A stretch of DNA of 63,268 nucleotides, filler included, from Saprolegnia diclina VS20 (GCF_000281045.1; 6 parts of 2 records of this genome joined end to end with filler, not necessarily neighbours in it); one strand, 5' to 3'. Shown: positions 9,077-22,290, counted from the first letter of the whole stretch. The notes: generated by a model from the letters alone, not told the origin. A program made the numbers and translations.

Positions 9077-11935
9077 TTAAAAAGGCTCAACAGTGATCAT
9101 CGGACTCAACAGGCAGACGACCAGTGTCGTCGGCAGCACGAGGAAGAGGACCCACGCCAGCGCATACAGCATCTACCACCCATGAGCCCGAGCGTAGAAA
9201 GACCGTCATCGTCAACCTTGGGTGCAAACACACTCCAGATGAAGAGGTGGAAGCGCATGATGTACACGATCACACTGGGTCAGAATGGGCCACGAGTCCT
9301 CACCACGATGGAAGATGAGTACCTGTAGACGGTGAAGTTGCCGAGCTCGAGCGTCCAGTAGCCACCGAGCAGGCTGCGGGCGTCGCGCACGGCGGCGAGC
9401 TGCGAGCTCAGCACGAGGAGCGGGCCGGTAAACACGATGAAGGCCGTGAGCCCGCCCACAAGGACCTACGACACGACCATCGTAGCGTCGACATAGGCTC
9501 AAGATGCAAGCTACCTGCGAGTACGACGACAAGCCCGTGTACGCCTTTGAAATGTCGATCGTCGTCATGAGGTGCGAGTTGCCAAGCGCGAAAAAGCTGG
9601 CTTTCGAGAGGTAGACGACCAGCGGCAAGGCGCGGATGCCATCGAGCGCCTGCACGAGCCGCGTCGCCGCGTCGAGCTGCACATGCAAGAGCGCCAGGGC
9701 CAGTAGGTTGGTGTCCCTACGTCGCGCCACGTCATCTGCCTGCAGGAAACGAAGAAGATTACCGCTGTAAGAGAAACGCGAGAAGCCAGAGCGCCTTCAT
9801 GGGCGACGACCGAGACGCCAGCGCAACGCCCGCCTCGAGCACGACGCTCGCATAGACAACGTGCGCGGCCGCGTCGACGGCCGTCCACGCAAACACCACC
9901 GACGCGGCCATGCCAACGGTCCATACCGCCTGCATGGCCGCCGTTGAGGATGACGAGGATCGCACGAGCTCGGCCAGCACGACGTAGGCAGAAGCGAGGA
10001 CGCGCTCGACATGCAGTGAAACAAGCCCGTGCGCAAGCGACCGCGTCGTCAAGATCGAGACGGCGTTGTCGTGTTCGTACTCGAGGCCGTCGCGAGTGCT
10101 CCCCGCGGCGACGTCAAAGGTGTTGAGCCGACCAAAGTTGATGATTTGGTTGCGACTGCGAAGGAGGCGGGCAGTGACCAGCACGAGCAGCCAGCAAGTC
10201 CACAATCCGCGACCTGCACCACCACAAGATGAGGCGTCGATCAAGATCGAAGAGTACGTACGCTTGGCCAAGACACAGTCGATCGCGAGCCAGACGAGGT
10301 ACGAGACCAAGAGAAAGTTCCACACAACATGTTCGTTCTCGATCGATGAGCTCGACCCGAGACTAACGAGCTGGAGCAGCGTCCAAAAGCCGAGACAGAG
10401 CTCGTAGTGGGACGGGCGCCGCAGGAGCAGCTCATGGAAGCGGCACGCCAGCACGAGGCCGAGGACGCCGACACCAATGCCGGAGAGCATGTGCATCGTG
10501 TTGTACTCGCTGCCGTCGCTCGTCAGTACAATCGCTTGCAGCGACGTCAAAGCGGCCTCCATGCGACGTCGCGCCAGCGCTAATGGCATGTTCGTACTGG
10601 CCGCGTGCCAGTCGAGGGCAACGTTAAACTCGTGGGCAAAGCTCGCCCAAAACTTGGCCGAGTGCTTGGGTGTCGCCAAGGCGTGCAGTTGGCGGACGTT
10701 GGCCTGGAGCGCAGCAATGACGAGCGCTTCGTCACGCACCGCGGCGTCCAGGACAGGCGTGAGGGCTTTGCCCGTGTTGTGCGCCGGTATCGGCACGCCG
10801 AGGAGCGTCGCCAACGTCGGAACGAGGTCGACCTGCGGCGTGCGCGTCAACAGATCCGAGTCCTCGATCGCGCGATACGCTGGGGGCAGCACGAAGAGCA
10901 GGAGCGCCGACGACTCTTCAATCGACGCGCCGCCGTGGTTTCCCGTCTCGGTCATGCCTAGAGACCAGAATATCTAGTTCGCTTGCGATACGGCTAAAGC
11001 GAGGTACCGTGGTCCGAGAGCAGCACGAGGAGCGTCGATCCGTTGCGCATCGCGTCCTGCGCTTGGATCGACAGATGGATCGACTCGATCGTAGCGTCCA
11101 TTTCGCTGAGCTTGGCGCGCATGAGCGGCGAGTGCGGGCCCGTGAGATGGCCAATGTGGTCGACGCCGAGGTAGTGGAGGAAGAGAGCGTCCCAGTCGTT
11201 GCTTTTGGGCGACGTCATCGTCGGGTCGAGCTCTTCGCGGAGGTGGCGCGTCACGTTCGTGTCGACTTCGACCGTGTCGAGGGCGAAGAAGCCCGACGTT
11301 GGATCCGACCGGACGAACGCTGTCGGAAACAGCTGCAGCCACGTCTCGTCGCCGTAGAGCACCATGCGCCGGCCCGCTACGCAGGCACACGATGCGGATG
11401 GTGTCATTGTCGGTTGAGGATGTACCCGCGCCGAGCTGCGCGATGAGGCTGTCTTCGTCGAGCGCTTTTGAATTGAAATTGCGCAACACGTCGATAAAGG
11501 CCGGCTTCTTGCCTGTCGTGAGCGCCTTGAGTCGCGGCATGGTCACTACAGGCAGCTATGACGTGCGTCGTGGGCGAGAGGCGGTGGACGACCTGTGGGC
11601 ACGGCCGCGTGGCCAATGTACGCGATGCTCTCAGGCGACGAAGCGAGCTGCGCCGTGTAGGGCATGTACGATCGTAGCTCCTCGGTCGCGTGGGCGTGCT
11701 GGACGGCGGCGGACCCGAGGACCATATCGGCGCGGAGCGCGTCGACAACGACAAAGACGAGCCGGTCAAAGACAGGCGGGATGGCCGGTGGGACGCTGCT
11801 CGGCGGCGCGACCTTGGCGAGCGGCGCCTGGAAGACGTCGAGGTCGAGGCCAAAGAGGCCGCTGGCGCCGAGGAAGGCGGCGACAAGCGCTGCGGCGCAG
11901 ATGGCGCTAACTCGCGCCGTCGACCAGACCAGCAT
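9077..11935 (-). CDS. PIGG: GPI ethanolamine-phosphate transferase (PIG-G/Gpi7-like), multi-exon
   Basis: VVVDALRAD, PTVTMPRLKALTTG, YGDETW, LHYLGVDHIGH, SDHG..GNHGG, QVDLVPT, C-terminal RFHLFIWSVFAPK, multiple TM segments. Confidence 0.9.
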
Positions 11936-13283
11936 CGTGTTCGAATGTGGCGCCGTCGGGCGAGTCCATTCCGATTGGCATATAAATAAAATAGTTTTAG
12001 CCAATCTATAGACGAGTCTGGTGGATGGTTATATCGGATTGGTGTAAAAGAGTGTATTTTGAACAAATCATGGTGCGGCTGCTGCAGCGTGATGTCGACT
12101 GTCGACATTGCTGTGGCTATCGCTCATAACGATCCGTCGCCTCCGTTATAACGAGGTGCAGCCAAGGTTCGAGCCCTACCGGTTGTAGTTATTACGCATG
12201 AAAATAGCATGCCCTCCGCACGATTTAGCTGTCTCGGTGGTCGACGCGCAGGTCGTTCAAGGTCTTCAGCTCAATCTCAGCTCAACCTCGGCAACCCCGC
12301 CTTTGATGAGCCATTTTTGCTTGTTCGCAATGATCGAGTCTCTTGCCCTTATGTTTCAATGAGGATGTGAGTGGATACAGCGTGCAGCTCACCATGTCCT
12401 CACCCACGAGCAACACGCACCGGTTCTCGTCTCGTTCCTCGATCGGCACCCAATGTGCAGTAAACTTTAGTTGATTGCCAAGTACTAGTGCATAGTAGAC
12501 TTCCATTCACTACAGTTTGGTCTGTGTAAATGGCACCCATGAAATTCGATTGTCAGTCTAAGTGGGAAAATTTGTAACGTAGCCACAGCACAAAAGCGGT
12601 CACTGTGGTGCGCACTGAGTTCAGCAACCAAGCACTCGAATCTGATGCGCACAGTGGACGACGGAGAGAGGTGATAGTGATGCCTACGAAAGACGAGGGC
12701 GATTTCTTTCGTCCCGACGATGCTTCACTCGCTCATTTTCCAGCACGATGCTGAAGAACCATAAACACATATGTTGTGCTCCATTGTACGCACTTTATAC
12801 GATTTTTTGTGGCCATTTCATGCCACTCATCGCTTGGACCTGGTGAATTGCGCTGCGTGGTACACTCTAGTAGCTATCACAACAAGAGTTGTTGCCGCCA
12901 GGTTTTACAGTTGCCAACCGGGCCGATGCCTTCGTTGGGGCCATTACTTGCATCTGGTTCCCAACCTCTCAGAAGGCATATTTGTCTAAATGGGACAAAA
13001 AACGAGATCCCATTTACACAGAGTATACTGTAGTATGTATCGTCTCGACTTGGCTCGGTCATCAGTCCCAGCTTCATCGAAAGCCCCCTCCGAAAAGCCG
13101 GGCTAGCGCTGCAGTTGCGCCGCATCCTGGACCTTCCCGCGATGCTCGAGCGCGTGCCGCAGCAAAGTGAGGCGTCCCATGTCACCGCTGTGTTGATACT
13201 TTGATATCTCGCATTTTACAACACTATATTACGTCTAACTCTATTTTTATACGTGGCACATGCCACATTGTAGTACAACGGGC

Positions 13284-15291
13284 ATGGACAGCGACAACGA
13301 GGTTGACGCGTTCGCCGCGCTCCTCGAGACCGACGACGGTGTGCGCACGCTTGTGCGCTACATCCAAACGCCAAGCGATGCAGACGCTGACGACGCGGTC
13401 AACGCGCTCGCGCTCTTCTCGGACCATGGCACCAACGAGCGCATTGCACGCCTCTTGCAGGACGTCAAGGTACGACCATGGCGAGTCGTTCCATGACCTC
13501 ACGTATGCTCTAGCTCGTGGATACATTGCTGAGCCATGCAAGCCTTGGCGACGTCGAGGAGGACTTGCACCTGCCTATCTGGCGGTGCTTGGCCGCCTGG
13601 GCCCACGGCGCCGCCCCGCTCGTGCCGGCGCTCTGGGCCGCCCGGTCCTCGCTCGTCCAGCAGTCGTTCGCACTGCGTCACGCCTCGCTCTCGACGACCT
13701 CTCTTGTGCGTCATCTATTATAGTCGTGCTAAGATACCAAAGCGATAGCCTAGGTGAGTGCCACGTTGACGTCGCTCGTGGCGTCGATCGGCTCAACGCT
13801 GCAGCCGCGCCCAGACAAACTCTTTTGCGGGCTCGTGGACGCCGACGCAAACGGCTTTTGCGACCTCCTCAAGCAGTACTATGTCTTTGGCGGCAACACT
13901 GGCCTCCTCGACCTGATCCGGCGCGTCCTCTCGACCAAAGCGGAAGCCAAGGCTCTCTGCAGCAGCGGCCTTCTCCGGCTCTGGGGACGCGAGTGGCATC
14001 AGCAGCACGACACGACCTTTGGTGCCAAGTGGACTGCACTGCTCTCGCACCTCGCAGAGGTCTTGCACCCGCAGCGCCCGATTCTCTACTCGGGTAGACT
14101 ACATGCATCGAGGATGTGGCTCATGGCCTGCACGCATCGTAGGCAGCGACGGCGACAGCCAGTGGGCCAGCGCCTTTCTCGCACTGGCGCTGAGTCCGCT
14201 CAAGTGTGTTTGGATGGAGATGGCGCCGCTCGTGCTCGATGCACTCGGCACTGCCACGTTGGCGCCGGTGCTCCAGTCGCACCCCCACTGCCACGGCGCG
14301 CTGCTTTGGCTCTTGTCCAAACCCGACGCGATTCCTTCTGCAACAACCCGCGCCGAGCTCGAGGCCATCGCGATCGACTGCGAAATGGCCAACCGCGTGG
14401 CTCTGCCAACGCTCGAGATTGGCCTCGCACTCCCCGAGGCCCTCGCAATGGCCACGTCGCTAAAAGCCAGCGGCAACCGCTGGTTCAGCCTGGGTATGCG
14501 CGTCGACTCTTCTCGTCGACGTCTTATTTCTTATTCGGACTTGTCTAGGCAATCATGCGGCTGCGCGGCAGTTCTACCGCCTCGGTCTCTCGACGCTCAA
14601 GGTGGCGGCGGCCACGGCGCGTCAAGCGCTCTCAACGCCGACGACAACCACCGCCTTGCCGGTTGGCGCGTGCGTTGAAGTACGAGTGTTGGAAATAAGA
14701 TTGAGCTCGGCTTAGGCGAAACTAGGTGCGTCAAGGTGACGGAACCCGCTGGCCGGCAATGGTCAGCGACGTCGATGGCCCCACCCGCGTCGAAGTCATT
14801 TACGACGCGTCGGGCGATGACGACACTGTGGACCTCTCGCGCTGCCGCCTCTGCCTCTCGTTCTCGGATCAAAGCGCGCTGAGCGCCCTTCAAGTCGCGC
14901 TGTGCATGAACTTGGCCAAGAGCCTCTCGCATCTGCGCATGGTCCCCGAGGCCATCGAGTGCCTCCATTTTGGTCTCGAGCTCGCGCCCGACCATTTGCC
15001 TGCGCTGTACCTGCGGTATCATGTTTCTCACTTGATCTCTTGATACTACATGTGGAATCGCATGCTAGAGGACTGCTCCACATGCAAACGCTGCAGCTCA
15101 AGCCTGCGAAAGACGATTTTTTCCGCGCCAACAAGATGGCGGGCGAGCGCAAGGACAAGGCGACGCAAGTGCAGATCCACAAGGCGTGGAAGCGCCTTCA
15201 GGTGCTCACGACGCAGCGCAAGAAGGCCGACAAGAAGCTCATCAAGGACATGATGGCGTACCTCGACACGCTCGCAATTGACGGCGAGTAG
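13284..15291 (+). CDS. Helical-repeat protein with C-terminal TPRs, multi-exon
   Basis: GT-AG introns join exons from MDSDNEVDAF to LAIDGE*; TPR-like LKASGNRWF..AARQFY, CMNLAKSL..EAIECL..LELAPDHLPALYLRG. Confidence 0.72.
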
Positions 15292-15697
15292 GAGGCTTCT
15301 TTTATAAAGCATGCAGCCCTCTTGTTATCGTCGGGTAGTCGCAGGGGACCGATAATGCATAGCCACTCGTTGTCGTGGGCGAGCGTAGCGCCAAGAGGTA
15401 TAGAGGCAGCTACTGGAGGCCGTCAAACTCTGCGGAGAACACAAGTGCGCACTGGTGCCCGGCCCAAAATGCGATATCGAGCTATCGATGTATCTTGGTA
15501 CGCGAATGAGGTCGAGCGACTGAGGACGGTAGAGTCCTCGGTGATCACGCTACCTTTTGCTATAGGTCCTGTACGCCTGTCGATTTCGTAGTCAGAGGGT
15601 TGTTGCTGCAGAGGATGACAGGCGCGTCGACAAACCCACAACTCTATTATAGAATGGGAGGGCTATAGATGATGCGGCCGGATCTTTCGTCAGGCAT

Positions 15698-16772
15698 CTA
15701 CTGCACCTTCTTCACCGAGCGCTTAGCTGGGAAGCAGTAGCGCTCAATGAAGAACTTGAGGAAGAGCGCAAAGTAGCTTGAGTACATGAGGATGCCCCAC
15801 TTGAGGTTGTCGTGGTTGACGTAACACGTCGCGCCTCGGCGAATGTACAGGACGCTCATCGTGCACACCGCAACGCCGACAACCATCTATGTATCAACTT
15901 GATACATGCAAAATTTAGAGTAAAAAGTACCTGGCTGAGCTGGGCGACGGTCACGAGCAGCGCCCACTTGGGTCGGTACCCCCGGGCCGTGAGAAAGTAG
16001 TAAAAGTACATGATCGCGTGCACCGAGTAGTTCATCGCCACAAAGTAGAGGCCGCTACAACACAACAAATAGTGAATCGATTCCCAAAATGTGTTGTGGG
16101 AAGACATACCTCGCCGAGCGGACAGCGAACGCGTGCCAGCAGAACATCAAGACGGTAATGTGGTGGTACCAGTGCAGAAAGATGAGCGGCTTCTTGCGCA
16201 CGACAATAAAGAACGTGTCGATGAGTTCCGGCACCTACGACATCGATGAGCCGCAAGTGCTAACAGCATGCGCGTGCAGGACCTTGGAGAAGATGAAGAG
16301 GGCGACCCAGAGACCCGTGGGGCCGTTGCCGTAGTGGTCCGTGGCCTCCGAGCAAATGGACGCATACGCGCCGCGCTGGTAGATCGAGTCGAGCAAGAAG
16401 GGCACCGTGCGAACAGCACCGCAGAAGCTAAAGGTCGCCAGCAGCAAGTTCCAGCCCGCGAGCGCCCTACGACTTTGGCATGAGGCATCCGGTAGCAGCT
16501 GCAAGGGGCGTACGTCTTGAGGTCGAACGGGGCGCGCGAGGCCATGAAATGACGGCCAGTGTAGCAGAGCACACAGTAGATAGCACAGAGGCCAATGGCG
16601 AGGCCCATCGAGTCAGCGCAAAAGCCCGGCTGCCAGCTCGGCACCTACGTCGGTACAACTTTCTCGAGATGTTGCAACTGTGCGCGAGCGGACGTACAAA
16701 GTCGCGCTCAAAGGCGAACGGGTAGAGCGGGCTCAGCGCCGGATACGCTTCGTGCAGGGAGAGTGCGCGCAT
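15698..16772 (-). CDS. Fatty-acid elongase (ELO/GNS1-SUR4 family), copy 1, six exons
   Basis: [50 protein letters not shown]-terminal KKVQ (KKxx-type ER signal). Confidence 0.93.
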
Positions 16773-18375
16773 GCTACGTTGACGTCCTCTTTGGTTTTGA
16801 AGGTGCTGGACGAGAACCACGGTCGTCGATCTACAATCCGCGCTATTTCGTGCCTGTCGTTAAAACGAGGTATTATTGTTAAATACAAGCGATATCTCGT
16901 GCAGAAAGTGCAATCATCTCGGTAAAGCGAGGTGATCTACCACCGGCGTAGACACGATGGCCGTAACTCCGAGCCCGCAACGCCGAGTGTTGAATGGCAG
17001 ATGGTCTACGACACATGGTTTCATGGAGCAGATGGCGCTAGCCAGTCGGCTTTTCTGCAGCAGCCCCAGCTTTATAGACCCCGTTTCAGACCCATCGCGC
17101 GCTAAAGTTAAATGCGCTTGCCCATCCTGTTCTCTGGTCAAATGCGGCTACGACCCCGAGCGAAGTGCACGGGAGGCTGTGACAGCGCCTCATGCCCTTC
17201 CTACAGCTCATCCGGTTGGACGATCGCGCATATTGGCCGCACATTCTCGTGATCACGGCGGCGGCTGCTTGTGAAGATAACCACAGTTTGTTGTTATCGA
17301 GTCTACACGAACGCTACGCATTTGTGTATCGGATAAATATGGGCTTCTACGAGAGCTGGTCTAGAGGGGTTGAGACTCTGAGTACACGGCAGCATGGATG
17401 ACTTGGGGTCGGACAGTACGTCAAGTGCACACTCTCCATGGAGCAGCACCAAACACGAGTGTGACTCACGCACCTTGCGTGCAACGGCGAATCCATACAG
17501 CACCAGAATTTGAATCCTTGGATAAGACCAAAAGTTATGGCGCGGCACCTCTATTAACGCATCTTATAGCATGATCTTATTCCATGCAGTGGCGTTATGT
17601 GCACAGTGCTATGCTCAAGTTCTCTAGAATTACCAAAAAGGTACCACGTTGCATTCGCCGTTGCTTCAGCTGGTGGAGGTACGAGAAAGGGTGCACCATC
17701 GCCACCGTCCAATCGTGGTTTAGAGCGCGCTACAGTGGAGTCCTGGTAGACACTACGAGGGTGTAGAGAAAATAGCTGTGCTATTCGGTCGATCTCCAGC
17801 ATAGTTAAGTCGAACACAGTCTAACGATTTTGGATATTCGATTCTTGAGCGTGTCTCCAAAATATGCGTGGTCTTGAGGTCTCTCGACCCAGCCAAAATG
17901 CTTTGCACCTCGGGTCGTCGTTTTATAGAGACGTGGTGACAACTGACAAACCTAGCCACTACCAGTGCATGAAGCGCCGCCATGCCATCATATGTGCGCC
18001 GAGGCTACGCTTCATTAAGGCACGAAGACTATGCAGACGTTGCATCCACTCGCGAGCAAAGAATCTGACGCCAAGTGTGCGAATCCGAATACCCTAACCC
18101 TATCGAGGTTAGGGTATTGGCATCCAGGCTCTCGTTGGCCGTGTACCTCGTGCGGATGACGTAAAATGTAATGGTATATAGTCCTCGAGATTGCGTACGC
18201 TATTGATCAGCCTTCATGCTTGGCACTGCCTAAACACCGCGACATCATCCCACATCGGGACATTGGGCTTGGTGACGTCAGGTCCATGTCCACCGCACCG
18301 GTTATGCAGCGCTTCGCAGCTAAAAGCCTTTCAAAAATCGCTGCGCCAGCATAGCATCTACCAAATGCCAATTAG

Positions 18376-18499
18376 GAAACGGAGACTCGAGCCGTCATTA
18401 CGTTCAAGTGCACGTGCTGCTGTTGAAACAATTTGGCGCGAAACGGAGACGCGAGTGGTTATTACGTTGAAGTGCACGTGCTGCTGTTGAAACAATTTG
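18376..18499. repeat. Two-copy tandem repeat, 64-bp period
   Basis: GAAACGGAGAC...ATTACGTT.AAGTGCACGTGCTGCTGTTGAAACAATTTG at 18376-18435 and 18440-18499. Confidence 0.9.
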
Positions 18500-18729
18500 T
18501 CGCTCTTCCTTGTGGGCAGCCAACTCCTTTTTGAGCATTCCTGCGCTGTTGAGCATTCTCCTTGATATCACATTTTACGACTGATAGTCATAGAATGCGT
18601 ATATCCGAGATCTTGTTGCTTTTGCTAGCGCAAAACGTACAATATTTGTTGTGCAAATGGGGTTATATTCGTTACGAGATCATATCCCGTTCGGTCGTAG
18701 GTCGCGTCTACTGTACTAACCTATTGGAT

Positions 18730-19534
18730 CTATTGGACCTTCTTCACCGAGCGCTTAGCCGGGAAGCAGTAGCGCTCAATGAAGAACTTGAGGAAGAGCG
18801 CAAAGTAGCTTGAGTACATGAGGATGCCCCAGCTCAGGTTGCTCTCGTCGACATGGCACACGGCGCCTTGGCGAATGTACAGGACGCTCATCGTGCACAC
18901 CGCAACACCGACAACCATCTATGTATCAACTTGATACATGCAGAATTTGGAGTAAAAAGTACCTGGCTGAGCTGGGCGACGGTCACGAGCAGCGCCCACT
19001 TGGGTCGGTACCCCCGGGCCGTGAGAAAGTAGTAAAAGTACATGATCGCATGCACCGAGTAGTTCATCGCCACAAAGTAGAGGCCGCTAAACGTAAAATT
19101 AGGGAATCGATTCCCAAAATGTGTTGTGGGAAGACATACCTCGCCGAGCGGACAGCGAACGCGTGCCAGCAGAACATCAAGACGGTAATGTGGTGGTACC
19201 AGTGCAGAAAGATGAGCGGCTTCTTGCGCACGACAATAAAGAACGTGTCGATGAGTTCCGGCACCTACGACATCGATGAGCCGCAAGTGCTAACAGCATG
19301 CGCGTGCAGGACCTTGGAGAAGATGAAGAGGGCGACCCAGAGACCCGTGGGGCCGTTGCCGTAGTGGTCCGTGGCCTCCGAGCAAATGGACGCATACGCG
19401 CCGCGCTGATAGATCGAGTCGAGCAAGAAGGGCACCGTGCGAACAGCACCGCAGAAGCTAAAGGTCGCCAGCAGCAAGTTCCAGCCCGCGAGCGCCCTAC
19501 GACTTTGGCATGAGGCATCCGGTAGCAGCTGCAA
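18730..19534 (-). CDS. Fatty-acid elongase, copy 2 (5' end lost in gap)
   Basis: Same exon/intron layout and HWYHH motif as copy 1; runs into the linker gap. Confidence 0.9.
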
Positions 19535-19634
19535 NNNNNNNNNNNNNNNNNNNNNNNNNNNNNNNNNNNNNNNNNNNNTTAATTAATTAANNNNNNNNNN
19601 NNNNNNNNNNNNNNNNNNNNNNNNNNNNNNNNNN

Positions 19635-19711
19635 GGGTCGAGGTCGCCAAGGTGACCAAGGAGCCACGTAGCAACGGACCCGGACAAGCTCGGTGACGGT
19701 GGGCGCGCCAT
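19635..19711 (-). CDS. Probable 5' end of another cytochrome P450, cut by the gap
   Basis: ATG 19711 reads MARPPSPSLSGSVATWLLGHLGDLD, resembling the P450 Pro-rich/WLLGHL N-terminal segment; same strand as the adjacent P450. Confidence 0.45.
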
Positions 19712-20534
19712 GACAAGGGCAGTTTGGAAAATAAAAAATGCGACGCAAGTCTAATAGGGAAGATGTGCGGTTTGACGCTTGGGTGAGTTCGTGTGCTGCT
19801 CGTTGTGCATGGATTGATCGGCTTGCCTCTCTTCAGTAAAGTTCTCTTCAGTAAAGTATGCGCCTTTTGCAAGTGCTCAATGATGTCCAGGAAGCTTGTG
19901 TTTCGGTTCAGACACTATTGTACGTCCAGTAGCTCTTTCTTGGTCGCGGAATGGAATTGCATGAATATCGATCTATGAGCTAGAGGCCTACGCTCTGTCG
20001 CACATGTGCTCTGCCTTCAATGTTTGGTGGCCAAGAAAACGCAAAGAGAAAATGACAAAACTGGGTGGAATATTGGACGTTTCGTCAAAATTGTCGCAAA
20101 CCATCCTCAACCTCTCACCATGACCTCACCACTGCACCACTCAGCACCACTCAGCACCACCAGCTAGCACCAACCTGCACCACTTTGCGCCAGCTCTCTG
20201 CGCCACTGCATCACTCTGCAGCACAAGCTTGCGCCACTACCGAGTACTCGATTTTTGTATACCCCCATATTTGTCATTGGGATCCAGTTTTGACGAAAGT
20301 CCAACATTACACCCCGTTTTGTCATTTTCCCAACGCAAAAGCAATCGCCATCAACGCGCTGCTGGCATCAACGCGCTGCTGGCTTGCTGCTGGCATCATG
20401 TGGTCTGTGGTGCCGCTCGCAGTTCAACTGCTGCCATGTGTGCCAGCACAGGACCCCTTTTTTGCGCGGACGTGCAAGCGAACGATAGCGATTCATGATA
20501 CACTCCCATCGTGAGGTGGACTTTCGAGAGAGAA

Positions 20535-21870
20535 CTAGGCAGCGAGGGGCGGCGCGAGGCGGCGCCAGTGCATGGTGCCAAAGCCGACTTTGGTGCCGAT
20601 CGTAAGCGTCGAGTTATACTTGAGCAGCGGGCCGTCTGCTGGGCGCGAAAGCTCGTACGACGAGACGACATACGCGCAAATGGCCTTGACCTCGGCGCGC
20701 GCAATGTGTCGACCTAAGCACATGTGCTGGCCATAGCCAAACCCGAGCGAAATTGATTTCTCGAGCGCTGGATCTTGGAAGCGATCTGGCCGGAAGCAAT
20801 CGAGGTCGTCCATACCGGCGTAGTTGTCGGGGTCCATGGCCACGCCGTGGCTGTGAACAAAGAGCTCGTCGCCGACTTCGAAGCGGACGCCGTGGATCTC
20901 ACACGCCGATACGCACTCGCGGTTGACGCTGCGGACCGACGGCGTGAGTCGCATGCTTTCGTTGAGTGTCATCGTCAAGTAGTCGCAGCCATCCAGGTCT
21001 TTGGGCGTCGCGCGCGCAATTGCAGCCGGTCCGCCTGGAAATGACGTGGCAAGCGCTGCGCGCAGCGTGGTTTGCACGTCCGGATACTGCGCGAGGTTGT
21101 TGAAGAGAAGGGCGAGCGCATTCGATGTCGTGTCAAAGGCGCCGAGGAACATACCCATGACGTTGTCGTACACCTCGTCCGTCGAGAGCGTGGTGTCCTC
21201 GAGGGCGCCGAGGAGGTAGTCTAGCAACGTCGGATGCGGTAGCTCGTCGAGAGACGCGAGGTACTGGCGGCGCGTGTTGACGAGCTCGACAACCTTGGCG
21301 TGCAAATTGTCGCGGATGGCGTCGGCTTCGTAGTTGCGCGCCAACGGGAGCTTCCACAAGTGCGGAAGCGGCAAAAGGAACCGGTCGGCAAGGACTTCGC
21401 CGAGCTGGAGCGCGGCGTGCAGCAAGTCCATCGAGTCGCCAGCTACCGTGTTGGGATCCCATTGGTACATGAGGCGGTGGAAGACGTCAAACGTGAGGTT
21501 GGGAAAGACGTCTTCAGGCACAACGACGAGCACATTGTCATCCGGGGACTGCTGCTTGGACAGTGTCGCATCGAGCTTTTGGATGGACGAGGCGACAAGC
21601 GCCGGGAAGCTGTCAAAGCTCTGCATGGCCATGCCGCGCTGCAGCGTCCGGCGGATACGGGACCAGTCCTGGTGCTCGACCACCGCAATGCTGCGAGGAA
21701 GAAAATACGACAAGACGACACTCAATGACGGCGACACGCCAAAACACTCTCGGTGGCTGAGTCCAAGCGCCGCTTTGTAGACCGCCGGGTCCTTGGTCAC
21801 CACCATGTTTCGGTTGCCGAGCACGAGGAGGAACGTCTTGGACTGTGTCTCTTTGTACCAGCCGTCCAAG
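20535..21870 (-). CDS. Cytochrome P450 (5' end in N gap)
   Basis: I-helix FLGAFDTTS, ExxR (ESMR), PDRF, heme loop FGYGQHMCLG. Confidence 0.93.
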
Positions 21871-22290
21871 NNNNNNNNNNNNNNNNNNNNNNNNNNNNNN
21901 NNNNNNNNNNNNNNNNNNNNNNNNNNNNNNNNNNNNNNNNNNNNNNNNNNNNNNNNNNNNNNNNNNNNNNNNNNNNNNNNNNNNNNNNNNNNNNNNNNNN
22001 NNNNNNNNNNNNNNNNNNNNNNNNNNNNNNNNNNNNNNNNNNNNNNNNNNNNNNNNNNNNNNNNNNNNNNNNNNNNNNNNNNNNNNNNNNNNNNNNNNNN
22101 NNNNNNNNNNNNNNNNNNNNNNNNNNNNNNNNNNNNNNNNNNNNNNNNNNNNNNNNNNNNNNNNNNNNNNNNNNNNNNNNNNNNNNNNNNNNNNNNNNNN
22201 NNNNNNNNNNNNNNNNNNNNNNNNNNNNNNNNNNNNNNNNNNNNNNNNNNNNNNNNNNNNNNNNNNNNNNNNNNNNNNNNNNNNNNNNNN

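Noticed and set aside
12160..12185. GGTTCGAGCC as a tRNA T-loop
   Set aside because: No acceptor, D or anticodon stems can be formed around it.
12601..12656. Imperfect hairpin (CACTGTG..TGCGCA / TGCGCACAGTG) as a structured RNA
   Set aside because: Bulged and short, with no supporting promoter, terminator or family signature.
17190..17770. Possible ankyrin-like pseudogene between the elongases
   Set aside because: Only vague helical peptide fragments; no complete repeat consensus could be read.
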